Counted from the whole stretch's first letter, positions 1 to 8,969 are shown. The stretch: DNA of 56,043 nucleotides, filler included, from Spirochaetales bacterium (GCA_016928955.1; 3 parts of 3 records of this genome joined end to end with filler, not necessarily neighbours in it), one strand, 5' to 3'. The notes: generated by a model from the sequence alone, not told the origin. Translations and numbers: made by a program.

Positions 1-87
1 ATGGTTATTAGAGGTTCCCTGCGTTTTCGGCCGAAAACGCAGGGTTTTCTAAGGTAACCCTCTAAAAACTGCAGTTTTTAGAGGCTC
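1..87 (+). repeat. Dispersed palindromic MITE/REP-like element, copy A (5'-truncated by window edge)
   Basis: Contains CCCTGCGTTTTCGGCCGAAAACGCAGGG and CTCTAAAAACTGCAGTTTTTAGAG palindromes. First 40 nt are identical to 55976-56015; reverse-complement copy at 8060-8167. Confidence 0.9.
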
Positions 88-122
88 GCTTTTCTTATTT
101 CAATTCTCGGACCGCATGAGTG

Positions 123-893
123 TCACACGCCCAGGCGCCGCCTGGCGTCCTCCACCAGCCTGAAAGCGTCGGAGCTGCCGCCGGAATCCGGGTGCCAGCG
201 CTTGCAGGCCAGGCGCCAGCCGGCCCGCAGGGTATCGGCGTCCGGCTCCCTGCCCGTCCGCGCGTCGGGAAGGCTTTCCAGCATGGCCAGGTCAAAGAGG
301 CGGCCAGGGTCAGGCACGCGCAGGCCCGGATAGCTCAGCCTGAAGGCCAAAAGCGCGTCCGCAAGTTCGTCTTTCCAGCCCAAGGGTTCAAGCGACGCGA
401 GTGCACCGGCAGACTTGATTGAGCGCGGCTGGTAGCGGGCCTTCCACAGCGGCTTTTTGGGGTTGGCCGTGGACTCAAGCGCCCCGAGCCAGGCCATCAG
501 CCTGGAAAAAGGCTCGGGCACCGCGGCCAGTGCTGTACGGATCCTGCCAGCCCGGTCGGCCTTGGCCATGGCCTTCCGCTCCCGCTCGGCCCACTTGAGC
601 CTGAGAAACAGCTCAAAGAACGGGCTTTTTGGCAGGCGGTACGTGGCGTAGAAATCCGGCAGGTGCTCGGGCTTAAGCCGTGGCTCGGCCAGGAGCTTCC
701 ACGGACGCTGCCCGAGTCTGGCCCCGCGCAGGAGGACAGACGCGTTGAGCATGGCCACGAGCTCGGGAAACGACGCCTGCTTCTTGAACGATACCGCCTG
801 GACGTACAACAGCTCGGCGAGCGAGCGCGGCCGCGCCGCGGCGCCGCGCTTCCCGCGGCGCTTGCGGCCCGCCGTGTATCCGGCCCGCGCCAC
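123..893 (-). CDS. Protein with C-terminal J-domain (DnaJ-like)
   Basis: C-terminus LRAGWRLACKRWHPDSGGSSDAFRLVEDA carries the HPD motif in a J-domain helix context. GTG start lies just after the cupin stop codon. Confidence 0.7.
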   Translation of the reverse strand: MARAGYTAGRKRRGKRGAAARPRSLAELLYVQAVSFKKQASFPELVAMLNASVLLRGARLGQRPWKLLAEPRLKPEHLPDFYATYRLPKSPFFELFLRLKWAERERKAMAKADRAGRIRTALAAVPEPFSRLMAWLGALESTANPKKPLWKARYQPRSIKSAGALASLEPLGWKDELADALLAFRLSYPGLRVPDPGRLFDLAMLESLPDARTGREPDADTLRAGWRLACKRWHPDSGGSSDAFRLVEDARRRLGV

Positions 894-901
894 GGTTGCC
901 G

Positions 902-1237
902 TTACAGGGCCTTGGTGGGAGGCATGTCCCGGGGATTGGGCGCCTTGACCACGAAGAACTCAAGCACGTCCGCGCCGTGGTTCTCTATGGCCATCTTCTG
1001 GTTGAAGGGCACGGACACGATGCTGCCCGCCGGGTGTTCGTTGAAGGGGCCGTCCTCAAGGGACAGGCTGAGCGTTCCCCGGACCACGATCTGGTGGATA
1101 TGCGAGTTGGATACATGGACCGGGACGATCTTTCCCGGCTCCACCACGATGTGGTTGATGTTGACGCGTTCGTCGTCCACGACCTTTTCCATCGCCTGCG
1201 TATCCAGGAGGCTGAACTCATAGCGTCGCTCGATCAT
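902..1237 (-). CDS. Cupin domain protein
   Basis: Real start MIERRYEF at 1237 with AAGGAG SD. Cupin pattern NHIVVEPGKIVPVH..IVVRGTL...GSIVSVPFN..IEN. Confidence 0.8.
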   Translation of the reverse strand: MIERRYEFSLLDTQAMEKVVDDERVNINHIVVEPGKIVPVHVSNSHIHQIVVRGTLSLSLEDGPFNEHPAGSIVSVPFNQKMAIENHGADVLEFFVVKAPNPRDMPPTKAL

Positions 1238-1247
1238 GGCTAACTCC

Positions 1248-2312
1248 TTACGTTGCGCGTTTGGCGCGTTTAGTCGTGTCCTGAACCGTGTTCTGGCCGG
1301 ACCCCTCGGCGGGAGACTCTCCGTCGGGGCGGGCCCAACATTCCACGCGGTTGCGGCCGTGCTCCTTGGCCTGGAACAGGGCCTTGTCCGCCCTCTCGTA
1401 CAGCTCGGCCGGCGTAAGCGCGTCGCGCGGGCACGAGGCCACGCCCAGGGACACCCTGAGGTCGACACGCGTCGGTGCCGCGCCCCTGCCCGCCCGGAAT
1501 TCCAGATAGAGGCTCTCGGCGCCCTTGCGTATGCGTTCAGCCGCGGCGGCCGCCTCCTCGGGGCCGGCTTCCGGCATGAAGAAGGCGAATTCGTCGCCCG
1601 CAAGATGGGACGCCACGTCGCCGTCGCGCACCAGGCGGCCAAAGGCCGCGCCGGCCGTGGATATCACGGCGTCGCCCGCCTCCCGGCCGTGGGTGTTGTT
1701 GATGTCGTGGAAATGGTCTATGTCCAGCATCAGCAGGGAACAGCGCGGGGGCGACCCGTGCGACCGGGCAAAGCGCGCCTGTATGGCTTCCTCCAGGAAG
1801 CGGCGGTTGAAGAGCCCGGACAGGTCGTCGGTCACCGAGCGCCGGCGCGCCGTCTCGCCCCAGCGCACGATGTCGTTGAGGAAGCCGGATGCCTCGTCCA
1901 GCCAGCCGGCCATCACCTTGACCATGGACGACAGCATGCCCACGCCTATGACCGGGTGCTCCCACACCAGGCGGTAGAAATCTATGCCTTCCAGCACCAG
2001 AAGCTCGGTGTCCTCCACGGCCAGGCAGGTTGCCGAGCGCGGCTCGCCCTCTATCACGGACATCTCGCCAAAGAAGCGGCCGGGCCCGAACTCGTACACC
2101 TCGCGCTCGCCGCCGTCCTTGTCCCTGGCCACCGACGCCACCCGTCCGGAGCGCACGATGAACATCTCCGTGCCCGGGTCGCCCTGCTTGAATACCTGCG
2201 CGCCCGCTTCCGCGCGCCGGGTTTCCATGAAGGCGGCCACGGCGTTGAGCTCAAGCCCGCTCATGCCGTGGAACAGGGGCACCGTCTTTATGAATTCGAC
2301 CACGGGATTCAT
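1248..2312 (-). CDS. cNMP-binding + GGDEF diguanylate cyclase (AGDEF variant)
   Basis: N-terminal VFKQGDPG and FFGEMSVIEGEPRSAT phosphate-binding cassette. C-terminal DDLSGLFNRR, MLDIDHF, RDGD I-site, AGDEF, ADKALFQAKEHGRN. Confidence 0.9.
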   Translation of the reverse strand: MNPVVEFIKTVPLFHGMSGLELNAVAAFMETRRAEAGAQVFKQGDPGTEMFIVRSGRVASVARDKDGGEREVYEFGPGRFFGEMSVIEGEPRSATCLAVEDTELLVLEGIDFYRLVWEHPVIGVGMLSSMVKVMAGWLDEASGFLNDIVRWGETARRRSVTDDLSGLFNRRFLEEAIQARFARSHGSPPRCSLLMLDIDHFHDINNTHGREAGDAVISTAGAAFGRLVRDGDVASHLAGDEFAFFMPEAGPEEAAAAAERIRKGAESLYLEFRAGRGAAPTRVDLRVSLGVASCPRDALTPAELYERADKALFQAKEHGRNRVECWARPDGESPAEGSGQNTVQDTTKRAKRAT

Positions 2313-3343
2313 GCGCGACCGCCCGAGCTGCCCGCCGCCTGAGCGTCCGGAAGCGCGGCGGCCAGGCCGTACAGCCTGTTGCCGCCGTCCCTCCAGGCCC
2401 GCATCAGGGCGCCGTAGCCCTGCTCTACCAGCTGCTTGAAGTTCTCCCCGTCAGTGGGCCACACCGCCAGGGCAGCGCTGGCCGTCAGGCGGAAACCGGG
2501 CCCGCCGGTCAGGTCGTCCAGGGACAGGGCTGCAAAGCCGGTGGCCAGTTCCGAAGCCACGCGCTCGGCTTCTTCCCGGTCCACGCCGCCGGCCACAAAG
2601 GCCGTCTCGTTGCTGCGGAGCCGGACGGCCCAGGCCCGGGGCAGGCGGCGCGCCTGGGCCTTGAGAAGGCCGGCAATGCGCTCCATGGCCACGTCGCCGG
2701 CTCCGTGCCCCCAGGAGTCGCACAGTTCCTTGAAACGGTCCGGTTTGATAAGGATAACGGACGCCGGACGCGCCAGCTGTCGGGGCAGTTCCTCGTCCAG
2801 AAAGGCGCGCGACCACAGGCCCGTGGCAGCGTCCGTGTACATCTGGCGCCTGAGCTCCCGCACCCAGGGCGCGTTCTCCGATATGAGCAGCTGGGTGGAG
2901 CGCACGCGCGACGATATCATGGCCACCGAGCGGAGCAGTATGCGGGCCGCCACGTCCGGCCGTTCGGAGGCCAGATTGCCCATGGTTCGACCGAAATCCG
3001 GAAAGGCCAGCAGTTCCGTGGGCCCGTGGGCCGTGGCGCCGGCGTCCAGCACAGCTTCCCGCGCAAAGTCAAAGTCTCCCACCACGTCGCCCGGCTCAAA
3101 GCGGGCCATTTCCCGGCGGAAGCCCCCGTCCTCCATGCGGAACACGGACACGCCGCCGTCCTTGACGATGAAAAAGCGTTCTGCCTGGTCGCCAGGCCGG
3201 AACACGTCCTGGCCGTCGGTGTAGCGGTACAAGCCCGAGCGGGCCGCCAGCCAGTACAGGTCGTCAGGGAGGAGGCGGCTGAAAAATTCGGAGCGCCGTA
3301 ACAGCTCCACGATGCCGGACAGGCCGGCCTTCACGCGGTCCAT
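2309..3343 (-). CDS. cNMP-like + degenerate GGDEF protein
   Basis: DAATGLWSR, PDRFKELCDSWGHGAGD, RSNET in place of GGDEF, AWRDGGN. cNMP fold start VFRPGDQA with a degenerate cassette. 4-bp overlap with the next gene. Confidence 0.85.
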   Translation of the reverse strand: MDRVKAGLSGIVELLRRSEFFSRLLPDDLYWLAARSGLYRYTDGQDVFRPGDQAERFFIVKDGGVSVFRMEDGGFRREMARFEPGDVVGDFDFAREAVLDAGATAHGPTELLAFPDFGRTMGNLASERPDVAARILLRSVAMISSRVRSTQLLISENAPWVRELRRQMYTDAATGLWSRAFLDEELPRQLARPASVILIKPDRFKELCDSWGHGAGDVAMERIAGLLKAQARRLPRAWAVRLRSNETAFVAGGVDREEAERVASELATGFAALSLDDLTGGPGFRLTASAALAVWPTDGENFKQLVEQGYGALMRAWRDGGNRLYGLAAALPDAQAAGSSGGRA

Positions 3344-3437
3344 GCCCGTTTAGTATACGCGGGCGTCGGCCTTCCTGTCACGCGGAAAGGCTTCTTTGAA
3401 CTTGCGCCGGCGCCGCCTTTCGGCCTATGCTGGACGC

Positions 3438-4844
3438 ATGGCTGTAACCTTACGTTCCGAAGGGGCCGCCCGCGAGGTGACCGGCTCCAAGCACGTGCTT
3501 ACCGTAGACGGCAAGCGCTACCTCATCGACTGCGGCGCCTTCCAGGGCAAACGCTCGGAGAGCGACCGCAAGAACCGGGCCCTGGTGCCCGACCCGGCCG
3601 GCGTGGAGGCTGTCATACTCACGCACGCCCACTTTGACCACAGCGGCATGCTTCCCCTGCTGGCCAAGCGCGGCTTCCGCGGCAACATCTACTCCACGCC
3701 CGCCACCAGGGACCTGGCCAACCTGATCATGATGGACTCCGCCCGCATCCAGGAACGAGACGCCGAGTACCTGGCCAAGCAGGCGGCCAAGCGGGGCGAG
3801 GTCTTTGACTGGAAACCCTTGTACGACGAGGTTGACGCCGTGCAGGCCACCAGCCAGTTCGTCACCCTGGACTACGACCGGCCCATCAACCTGGGCGACT
3901 TTACGCTGCGCTTCCGGGACGCCGGCCACATTTTGGGCTCGGCCACCGTGCACCTCACCCTGAAGGACTCGGGCGGCAGGAGCCTCAGGCTGGGCTTTTC
4001 AGGCGACCTTGGCCGGCCGGGCAAGGCCATCATCCGCGACCCCGCGCAGATGGACCCCGTGGACTGGCTGGTCATGGAATCCACCTACGGCGACCGCCTG
4101 CACCAGAAGTCGGACGAGGCCATAGAGACCCTGGCCAGGACCGTGCGCGAAACGGCCGAGCGCAGGGGCAAGGTGATCATACCGGCCTTTGCCGTCGAGC
4201 GTACCCAGGAGATCATCTACCACCTCCACCTCCTGGTGGAAGCAGGCAAGATCCCGCGCATACCCATCTGGGTGGACTCGCCCATGGCCATCAACGCCAC
4301 CAGCATCTTCCAGGTCCACCCCGAATGCTACGACCGCGAGACCCACGAGACCTTCCTCAGCCAGCACAAGAACCCCTTTGGCTTTGACGAGCTGGACTTC
4401 TCGCGCACGGTGGACCAGTCCAAGGCCCTGAACGCCATGCAGGGACCCGCCATCATCATATCGGCGGACGGCATGTGCGAGGCGGGCCGCATCCAGCACC
4501 ACCTGATCCACACCATAGACGACGAGCGCAACACCATCCTGATCGTGGGCTACATGGCCGCCAACACCCTGGGCCGCCGCATACGAGACGGGCAGAAGCA
4601 GGTGCGCATCCACGGCAACCTGTTTGACGTGCGCGCCCGCGTTGAGAAGATCGACGCGTTCAGCGCCCACGCCGACTACCAGGAGATATGGGACTGGATG
4701 TCCACCATGGACCTGTCCCAGCTCAAGGGCGTGCTCCTGGTCCACGGCGAGGACGAGGCCCTGGCCGCACTCAAGACCTACCTGGGCAACAAGGGCGTGC
4801 CCAACGTGACCATCGTGGAGCCCGGCCAGTCCTATGATTTGTAG
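3438..4844 (+). CDS. MBL-fold/beta-CASP ribonuclease
   Basis: GAAREVTGS, THAHFDH, AGHILGS, SGDLG, MESTYGDR, PAFAVER and FSAHAD motifs. Confidence 0.9.
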   Translation: MAVTLRSEGAAREVTGSKHVLTVDGKRYLIDCGAFQGKRSESDRKNRALVPDPAGVEAVILTHAHFDHSGMLPLLAKRGFRGNIYSTPATRDLANLIMMDSARIQERDAEYLAKQAAKRGEVFDWKPLYDEVDAVQATSQFVTLDYDRPINLGDFTLRFRDAGHILGSATVHLTLKDSGGRSLRLGFSGDLGRPGKAIIRDPAQMDPVDWLVMESTYGDRLHQKSDEAIETLARTVRETAERRGKVIIPAFAVERTQEIIYHLHLLVEAGKIPRIPIWVDSPMAINATSIFQVHPECYDRETHETFLSQHKNPFGFDELDFSRTVDQSKALNAMQGPAIIISADGMCEAGRIQHHLIHTIDDERNTILIVGYMAANTLGRRIRDGQKQVRIHGNLFDVRARVEKIDAFSAHADYQEIWDWMSTMDLSQLKGVLLVHGEDEALAALKTYLGNKGVPNVTIVEPGQSYDL

Positions 4845-4885
4845 GGGCGACCACAAAGTCGCCAAACGCGCGCAGTGACGCGCGG

Positions 4886-4916
4886 CGGGGCCTCCCCCAC
4901 GGGAGGCCCCGTGTTG
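4886..4916 (+). terminator. Probable intrinsic terminator hairpin
   Basis: CGGGGCCTCCC/GGGAGGCCCCG stem followed by TGTTG, after the MBL gene stop. Confidence 0.5.
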
Positions 4917-4928
4917 TATAGTAGGCCC

Positions 4929-6836
4929 ATGAGCTTTATGTACCACCCCAGCACCAATCTGGCCCTGGGCGACCCCTATGTCCCGCCCTTGTCCAAGCGC
5001 CCCAGTCCCGGGGACGCGCGGGCTTTTTTTGACACCCTGATCCTGTCGGCATCCGGCTGGCGCGGCGTGTTCGGCGCGGACGACGACGACGTTGGCGAGA
5101 TCGTGGCGCCCGAGAAGCTGTACGCGGCCGCCCGCATGGCCGACGTGTTCGCCAGCTGGCTTACAGAAAAGGCCGGCCCCGCGCCCGTGCTGGCCCTGGC
5201 CATGGACACGCGTCCCACGGGTCCGGCCTTGGCTGACGCCATGCTCCGGGTGTTCATGGCGCGCGGCGTGGACGTGCGCTACGCCTTTGTGGCAGCCGCC
5301 CCGGAGGTCATGGCCTGGGCCCGCCGCTCGGGCTCCCTTCCTCAGGACCAACCCGGCCGCCTGTCCGCCTTCTCGTACATATCGGCCAGCCACAATCCCC
5401 CCGGCCACAACGGCGTCAAGTTCGGCCTCACGGACGGGGGCGTGCTCCCGCCGGCCGACGCCGCCGAGCTGACCAAGCGCCTGCGCTCGGGCGCCTGCGA
5501 GGCAGCGGACATAGAGCGGCTCGCCGCGCTGTGCGCGTCCGTGCCGCCCGCCGACGTTGCGCGGGCCTATTCCTCCTGCGCTCAGCACAAGCGCCTGGCC
5601 ATGTCAGACTATGCCCTGTTCGCGCGGGAGGTGGCAGGCGGCTCGGACGACCTGGCCGAGCAGGAAGCCGCCCTGGACGAGCTGTCGGCGGCCGTGGACG
5701 AGCGGGACGCAGCCGTGGTGGCCGAGTTCAACGGCTCGGCGCGCTGCCTGTCCATAGACCTGGACTACCTGGCCAACCTGGGCCTCCGTGTCAAGGCGGT
5801 CAACGCCCAGCCGCGCGCCTTTGCCCACCGCATCGTGCCGGAGGGAGCATCCCTGGACCAGTGCAGGGACGAGCTGGCCGCGGCCAGGGAACACGACCCG
5901 GGCTACGTTTTGGGCTACGTGCCGGACTGCGACGGCGACCGGGGCAACCTGGTCGTGTGGGACGACCGCGCCGGCATGGCCCGCTCCCTGGAAGCCCAGG
6001 AAACCTTTGCCCTGGCCGTGCTGGCCGAGCTGGCCGACATCGAGCGCAGGCGCCTGGCCGCGGGAGCGGCCCCCGGGCGCGTGGCCGTGGCCTGCAACGA
6101 CGCCACCAGCCTGCGCGTGGACGCCATTGCGGCCGCCTTTGGCGCGTCCGTGTTCCGGGCCGAGACCGGGGAAGCCAACGTTGTGGGGCTGGCCAGACGC
6201 CTGCGCGCCGACGGATGGACCGTGCGCGTCTTGGGCGAGGGTTCCAACGGCGGCGTCATCACCCATCCGGCGGGCGTGCGCGACCCTCTGAACACCCTGA
6301 CCGCCATCATGAAGCTCCTCTGCCTGCGGGACGGACCGCGAGGCCCCGCGCCCTTTGGCCTTTGGCTCCAGATAAGCGGCCAGACGCCGCCTGAAGGGCC
6401 GCCGACCCTGGCCGACATCATAGCCAGCCTGCCTGGCCGCGTATCCACCAGCGTGTTCGAGGACCGGGCCGCGCTCAGGGTGAAAACGCGCGACCACGCG
6501 TCGCTCAAGTCGGCGTACGGGCGACTCTTTGCCGCCGGGTGGCCCGCGTTGGCGGCCAGGCTGGAACCCAGGCTCGGTTCGGTCGGCTGGATGGCCGTCA
6601 TGACGCGCGGCATGGACGAACTCCCGCTCGAGGGGGATTTTGGCCAGTCGGGTTCGGGCGGCCTCAAGATACTGATCGGGCCTGCCGGGGCCAAACCGGT
6701 GGCATTCCTGTGGATGCGCGGCTCAGGCACGGAGCCGGTGTTCCGCGTCATGGCCGACGCCCCGGACGCCACCACGGAGGCCATCCTGCTTGAAGCCCAC
6801 CGCGACTGGGTGATGCGTGCGGACGCCCTTGCGTAA
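4929..6836 (+). CDS. Alpha-D-phosphohexomutase (PGM/PMM) family protein
   Basis: ISASHNP catalytic Ser loop, PDCDGDR metal loop, GEGSNGG, RGSGTEPVFRV. Confidence 0.9.
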   Translation: MSFMYHPSTNLALGDPYVPPLSKRPSPGDARAFFDTLILSASGWRGVFGADDDDVGEIVAPEKLYAAARMADVFASWLTEKAGPAPVLALAMDTRPTGPALADAMLRVFMARGVDVRYAFVAAAPEVMAWARRSGSLPQDQPGRLSAFSYISASHNPPGHNGVKFGLTDGGVLPPADAAELTKRLRSGACEAADIERLAALCASVPPADVARAYSSCAQHKRLAMSDYALFAREVAGGSDDLAEQEAALDELSAAVDERDAAVVAEFNGSARCLSIDLDYLANLGLRVKAVNAQPRAFAHRIVPEGASLDQCRDELAAAREHDPGYVLGYVPDCDGDRGNLVVWDDRAGMARSLEAQETFALAVLAELADIERRRLAAGAAPGRVAVACNDATSLRVDAIAAAFGASVFRAETGEANVVGLARRLRADGWTVRVLGEGSNGGVITHPAGVRDPLNTLTAIMKLLCLRDGPRGPAPFGLWLQISGQTPPEGPPTLADIIASLPGRVSTSVFEDRAALRVKTRDHASLKSAYGRLFAAGWPALAARLEPRLGSVGWMAVMTRGMDELPLEGDFGQSGSGGLKILIGPAGAKPVAFLWMRGSGTEPVFRVMADAPDATTEAILLEAHRDWVMRADALA

Positions 6837-6949
6837 TAGGGCAACATCTGCTAGCATCCGCGATGAATTGAGAAGCCCGCGTTAAAACAAAGGCGGGCTG
6901 ACTACACAGTATCAGCGAAGGGCGCGCCACACGGCGCGGGGGGAGCGTT

Positions 6950-7399
6950 ATGGGTCTGCGCGGCGAGATTTTTTCCACCAGGGCAGTGGTGGAAGGCCGG
7001 ACGTACTTCTTCAACGTCAAGGAAAACAGGATGGGCGACCTGTTCCTGGCCATAGTCGAGAGCAAGCCCGGCGAGGGCGAAAGCTTTGACCGGCGCTCCA
7101 TCGTCGTGTTCAGGGAAGGCATGGACGGCTTCCTCACGTCCTTCCGCAAGGCCTTGGACGCCATGGACAAGGCATCGTCGGCCAAGGCAAAGCGGCCGCG
7201 CAAAGCCCAGGCCGACAGCGAGGCCTCAGCCGAGGCCCCAAAAAAGCCCATGGAACCCAAGCCCGGCCGCCGCGTTCTCCGCGCAAGCAAGGCCGGAGCG
7301 GCCCGCCCCGCGCCAAAAACACCGGAGACGGACGCCAAGCCCAAAAGCCGGCGCATGTCCGTCCGCACCTCGAAACCCAAAAGCGATGATCGGTTCTGA
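6950..7399 (+). CDS. PUR-domain (DUF3276, BpuR-like) nucleic-acid-binding protein with basic tail
   Basis: RGEIFST..GRTYFFNVKENRMGDLFLAIVESK matches the PUR/DUF3276 pattern. C-terminus is K/A/P/R-rich. Confidence 0.8.
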   Translation: MGLRGEIFSTRAVVEGRTYFFNVKENRMGDLFLAIVESKPGEGESFDRRSIVVFREGMDGFLTSFRKALDAMDKASSAKAKRPRKAQADSEASAEAPKKPMEPKPGRRVLRASKAGAARPAPKTPETDAKPKSRRMSVRTSKPKSDDRF

Positions 7400-7411
7400 C
7401 GTCTAACAAGC

Positions 7412-7438
7412 TGTTGAAAAGCATCGGGTTTTTCAACA
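7412..7438. terminator. Inverted repeat between convergent genes (possible bidirectional terminator or IS-end remnant)
   Basis: TGTTGAAAA...TTTTCAACA between the stops at 7399 and 7455. Confidence 0.45.
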
Positions 7439-7454
7439 TTCCGCCCGGTTTCTC

Positions 7455-8039
7455 CTACTCGGCGCCGTAGCGGAAACTCAGCCGCTGTATGGGAGACGGC
7501 CCAAGGCGGCGGCATGCCTCGCGGTGAGCGGCCGTGGGGTACCCTTTGTGCCTGGCATAGCCGTACTCGGGATAGAACCAGTCGTAGCGCTCCATGGCCC
7601 TGTCCCTGGACACCTTGGCCATGATGGACGCTGCCATGATCTGGGGCACCAACGCGTCGCCCCGCACAATGGCCTTCCGTGGGCACGGCAGGTCCGGGGT
7701 CCGGTTGCCGTCCACCAGGACCAGGGCGGGCCTCCACCGCAGGCCTTCCCAGGCCCGGCGCATGGCCAGCATCGTGGCCCAAAGAATATTCAGCCTGTCT
7801 ATCTCGTCCGGCCAGGCCCAGGCCACGCACCAGTCGGCCTGGGTGGCAATGGCCGCGTACGCCCGCTCCCGCGCCCGCGCGCTCAGGGCTTTCGAGTCGC
7901 CCAGCATGCCCGTGTCAAAGTCTTCAGGCAATATGACGGCGGCCGCGCACACGGGGCCCGCCAGGGGCCCGCGGCCGGCTTCGTCTATTCCGCATACCGG
8001 CCCGGCCGGCTCGTCGCCAAACAACTCGTCGCTCGCCAT
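7455..8039 (-). CDS. rnhB: Ribonuclease HII
   Basis: GIDEAGRGPLAGPV, DSKAL, VDGN, GDALVPQIMAASIMAKVSRD, HKGYPT. Confidence 0.97.
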   Translation of the reverse strand: MASDELFGDEPAGPVCGIDEAGRGPLAGPVCAAAVILPEDFDTGMLGDSKALSARARERAYAAIATQADWCVAWAWPDEIDRLNILWATMLAMRRAWEGLRWRPALVLVDGNRTPDLPCPRKAIVRGDALVPQIMAASIMAKVSRDRAMERYDWFYPEYGYARHKGYPTAAHREACRRLGPSPIQRLSFRYGAE

Positions 8040-8059
8040 GCCGCCCAGAATAGCATACT

Positions 8060-8167
8060 GGGAGCCTCTAAAAAACTGCAGTTTTTAGGGGGTTACCTTA
8101 GAAAACCCTGCGTTTTCGGCCGAAAACGCAGGAAGCTCTAACAACCATGGGGTTTGTAGAGCTTCCC
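8060..8167 (-). repeat. Dispersed palindromic MITE/REP-like element, full-length copy B
   Basis: Reverse complement of copies A and D. Terminal inverted repeats GGGAGCCTCTA...TAGAGCTTCCC and three internal hairpins. Confidence 0.9.
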
Positions 8168-8225
8168 TCCTGGCGTTCCTTCCGATATGGACTAAGGCGC
8201 CCGTCCCGCGCTACGCTGTCTAGCC

Positions 8226-8951
8226 ATGAACCTGTCCTTCCTCAAACTGCGCGTGGCCGACGACGCGTGGGTGCTGATAGACCGCACAGAACCCGGCGCC
8301 TCTGCCGAACCGGACTGGTCGTCCATAGCGCGCGAGCTCTGCCATCCCGCGCGGGGAGCCGGGGCAGAGGGCCTGGTTGTGGTGGAGCGCCTGGAACGCG
8401 GCTTCTCCGCCCGCACCTGGACCCGTGCCGGCCTGGCCTGTCCCCTCTACCCCGTGCCCGTACTGTGCGCGGCCAGGTGGCTGTACGACTCCGGCCGGGC
8501 GGCCGGCGACGGCGCTACCATAGCCGGGCGGGAAGGCGACCGCGAGGCCCTGGTGCTGGACCCACGGAACTTTGGCGTGATCCTGGGCCAGGCAGAGCTT
8601 GAGCCCGGACCCGGACCCGTACCCGTCAGGCTGTACAGCGCCGACCTGCGCGTATTGATGGCGGACGGAGCCCTGCCAGGCCGCCGCAAACCCGAACCCG
8701 GCCTGGTACGCGCGGGCATCGTGTCCAGGCAGACCGTCAGGGTGCGCAGGGGCGGCGTGGACGCCATGCTGGCGGCCGGGGCCGTCCTGGCCGCGGCCCA
8801 GGCGGCCGACTACACGGACAGGGACGCGGCCGCCGTCATGCCAGGCGGCACGCTGGCCGTCCAGCTGGCCGACGACGACCACGTCTTTGTGGGCGCCGAG
8901 GCAGCCTATTCGTTCAGGGGCGAATTCTGGCTGGCTGAAAACGACGAGTAG
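8226..8951 (+). CDS. DapF-fold (diaminopimelate epimerase-like) protein, catalytically degenerate
   Basis: N-terminus SFLKLRVADDAWVLID and LCHPARGAGAEGLVVV echo DapF FTKMHGLGNDFVVID and LCDRHFGIGADGL. C-terminus VFVGAEAAYSFRGEF. No MCGNG or ACGTG motif. Confidence 0.6.
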   Translation: MNLSFLKLRVADDAWVLIDRTEPGASAEPDWSSIARELCHPARGAGAEGLVVVERLERGFSARTWTRAGLACPLYPVPVLCAARWLYDSGRAAGDGATIAGREGDREALVLDPRNFGVILGQAELEPGPGPVPVRLYSADLRVLMADGALPGRRKPEPGLVRAGIVSRQTVRVRRGGVDAMLAAGAVLAAAQAADYTDRDAAAVMPGGTLAVQLADDDHVFVGAEAAYSFRGEFWLAENDE

Positions 8952-8969
8952 CGGCCAGGCGTCCTGGGC

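Noticed and set aside
1..68. Window ends match each other, suggesting a circular element or att-flanked island
   Set aside because: The two ends differ at 3 of 68 positions, other copies occur internally, and the content is core chromosomal genes. These are independent repeat copies that broke the assembly.
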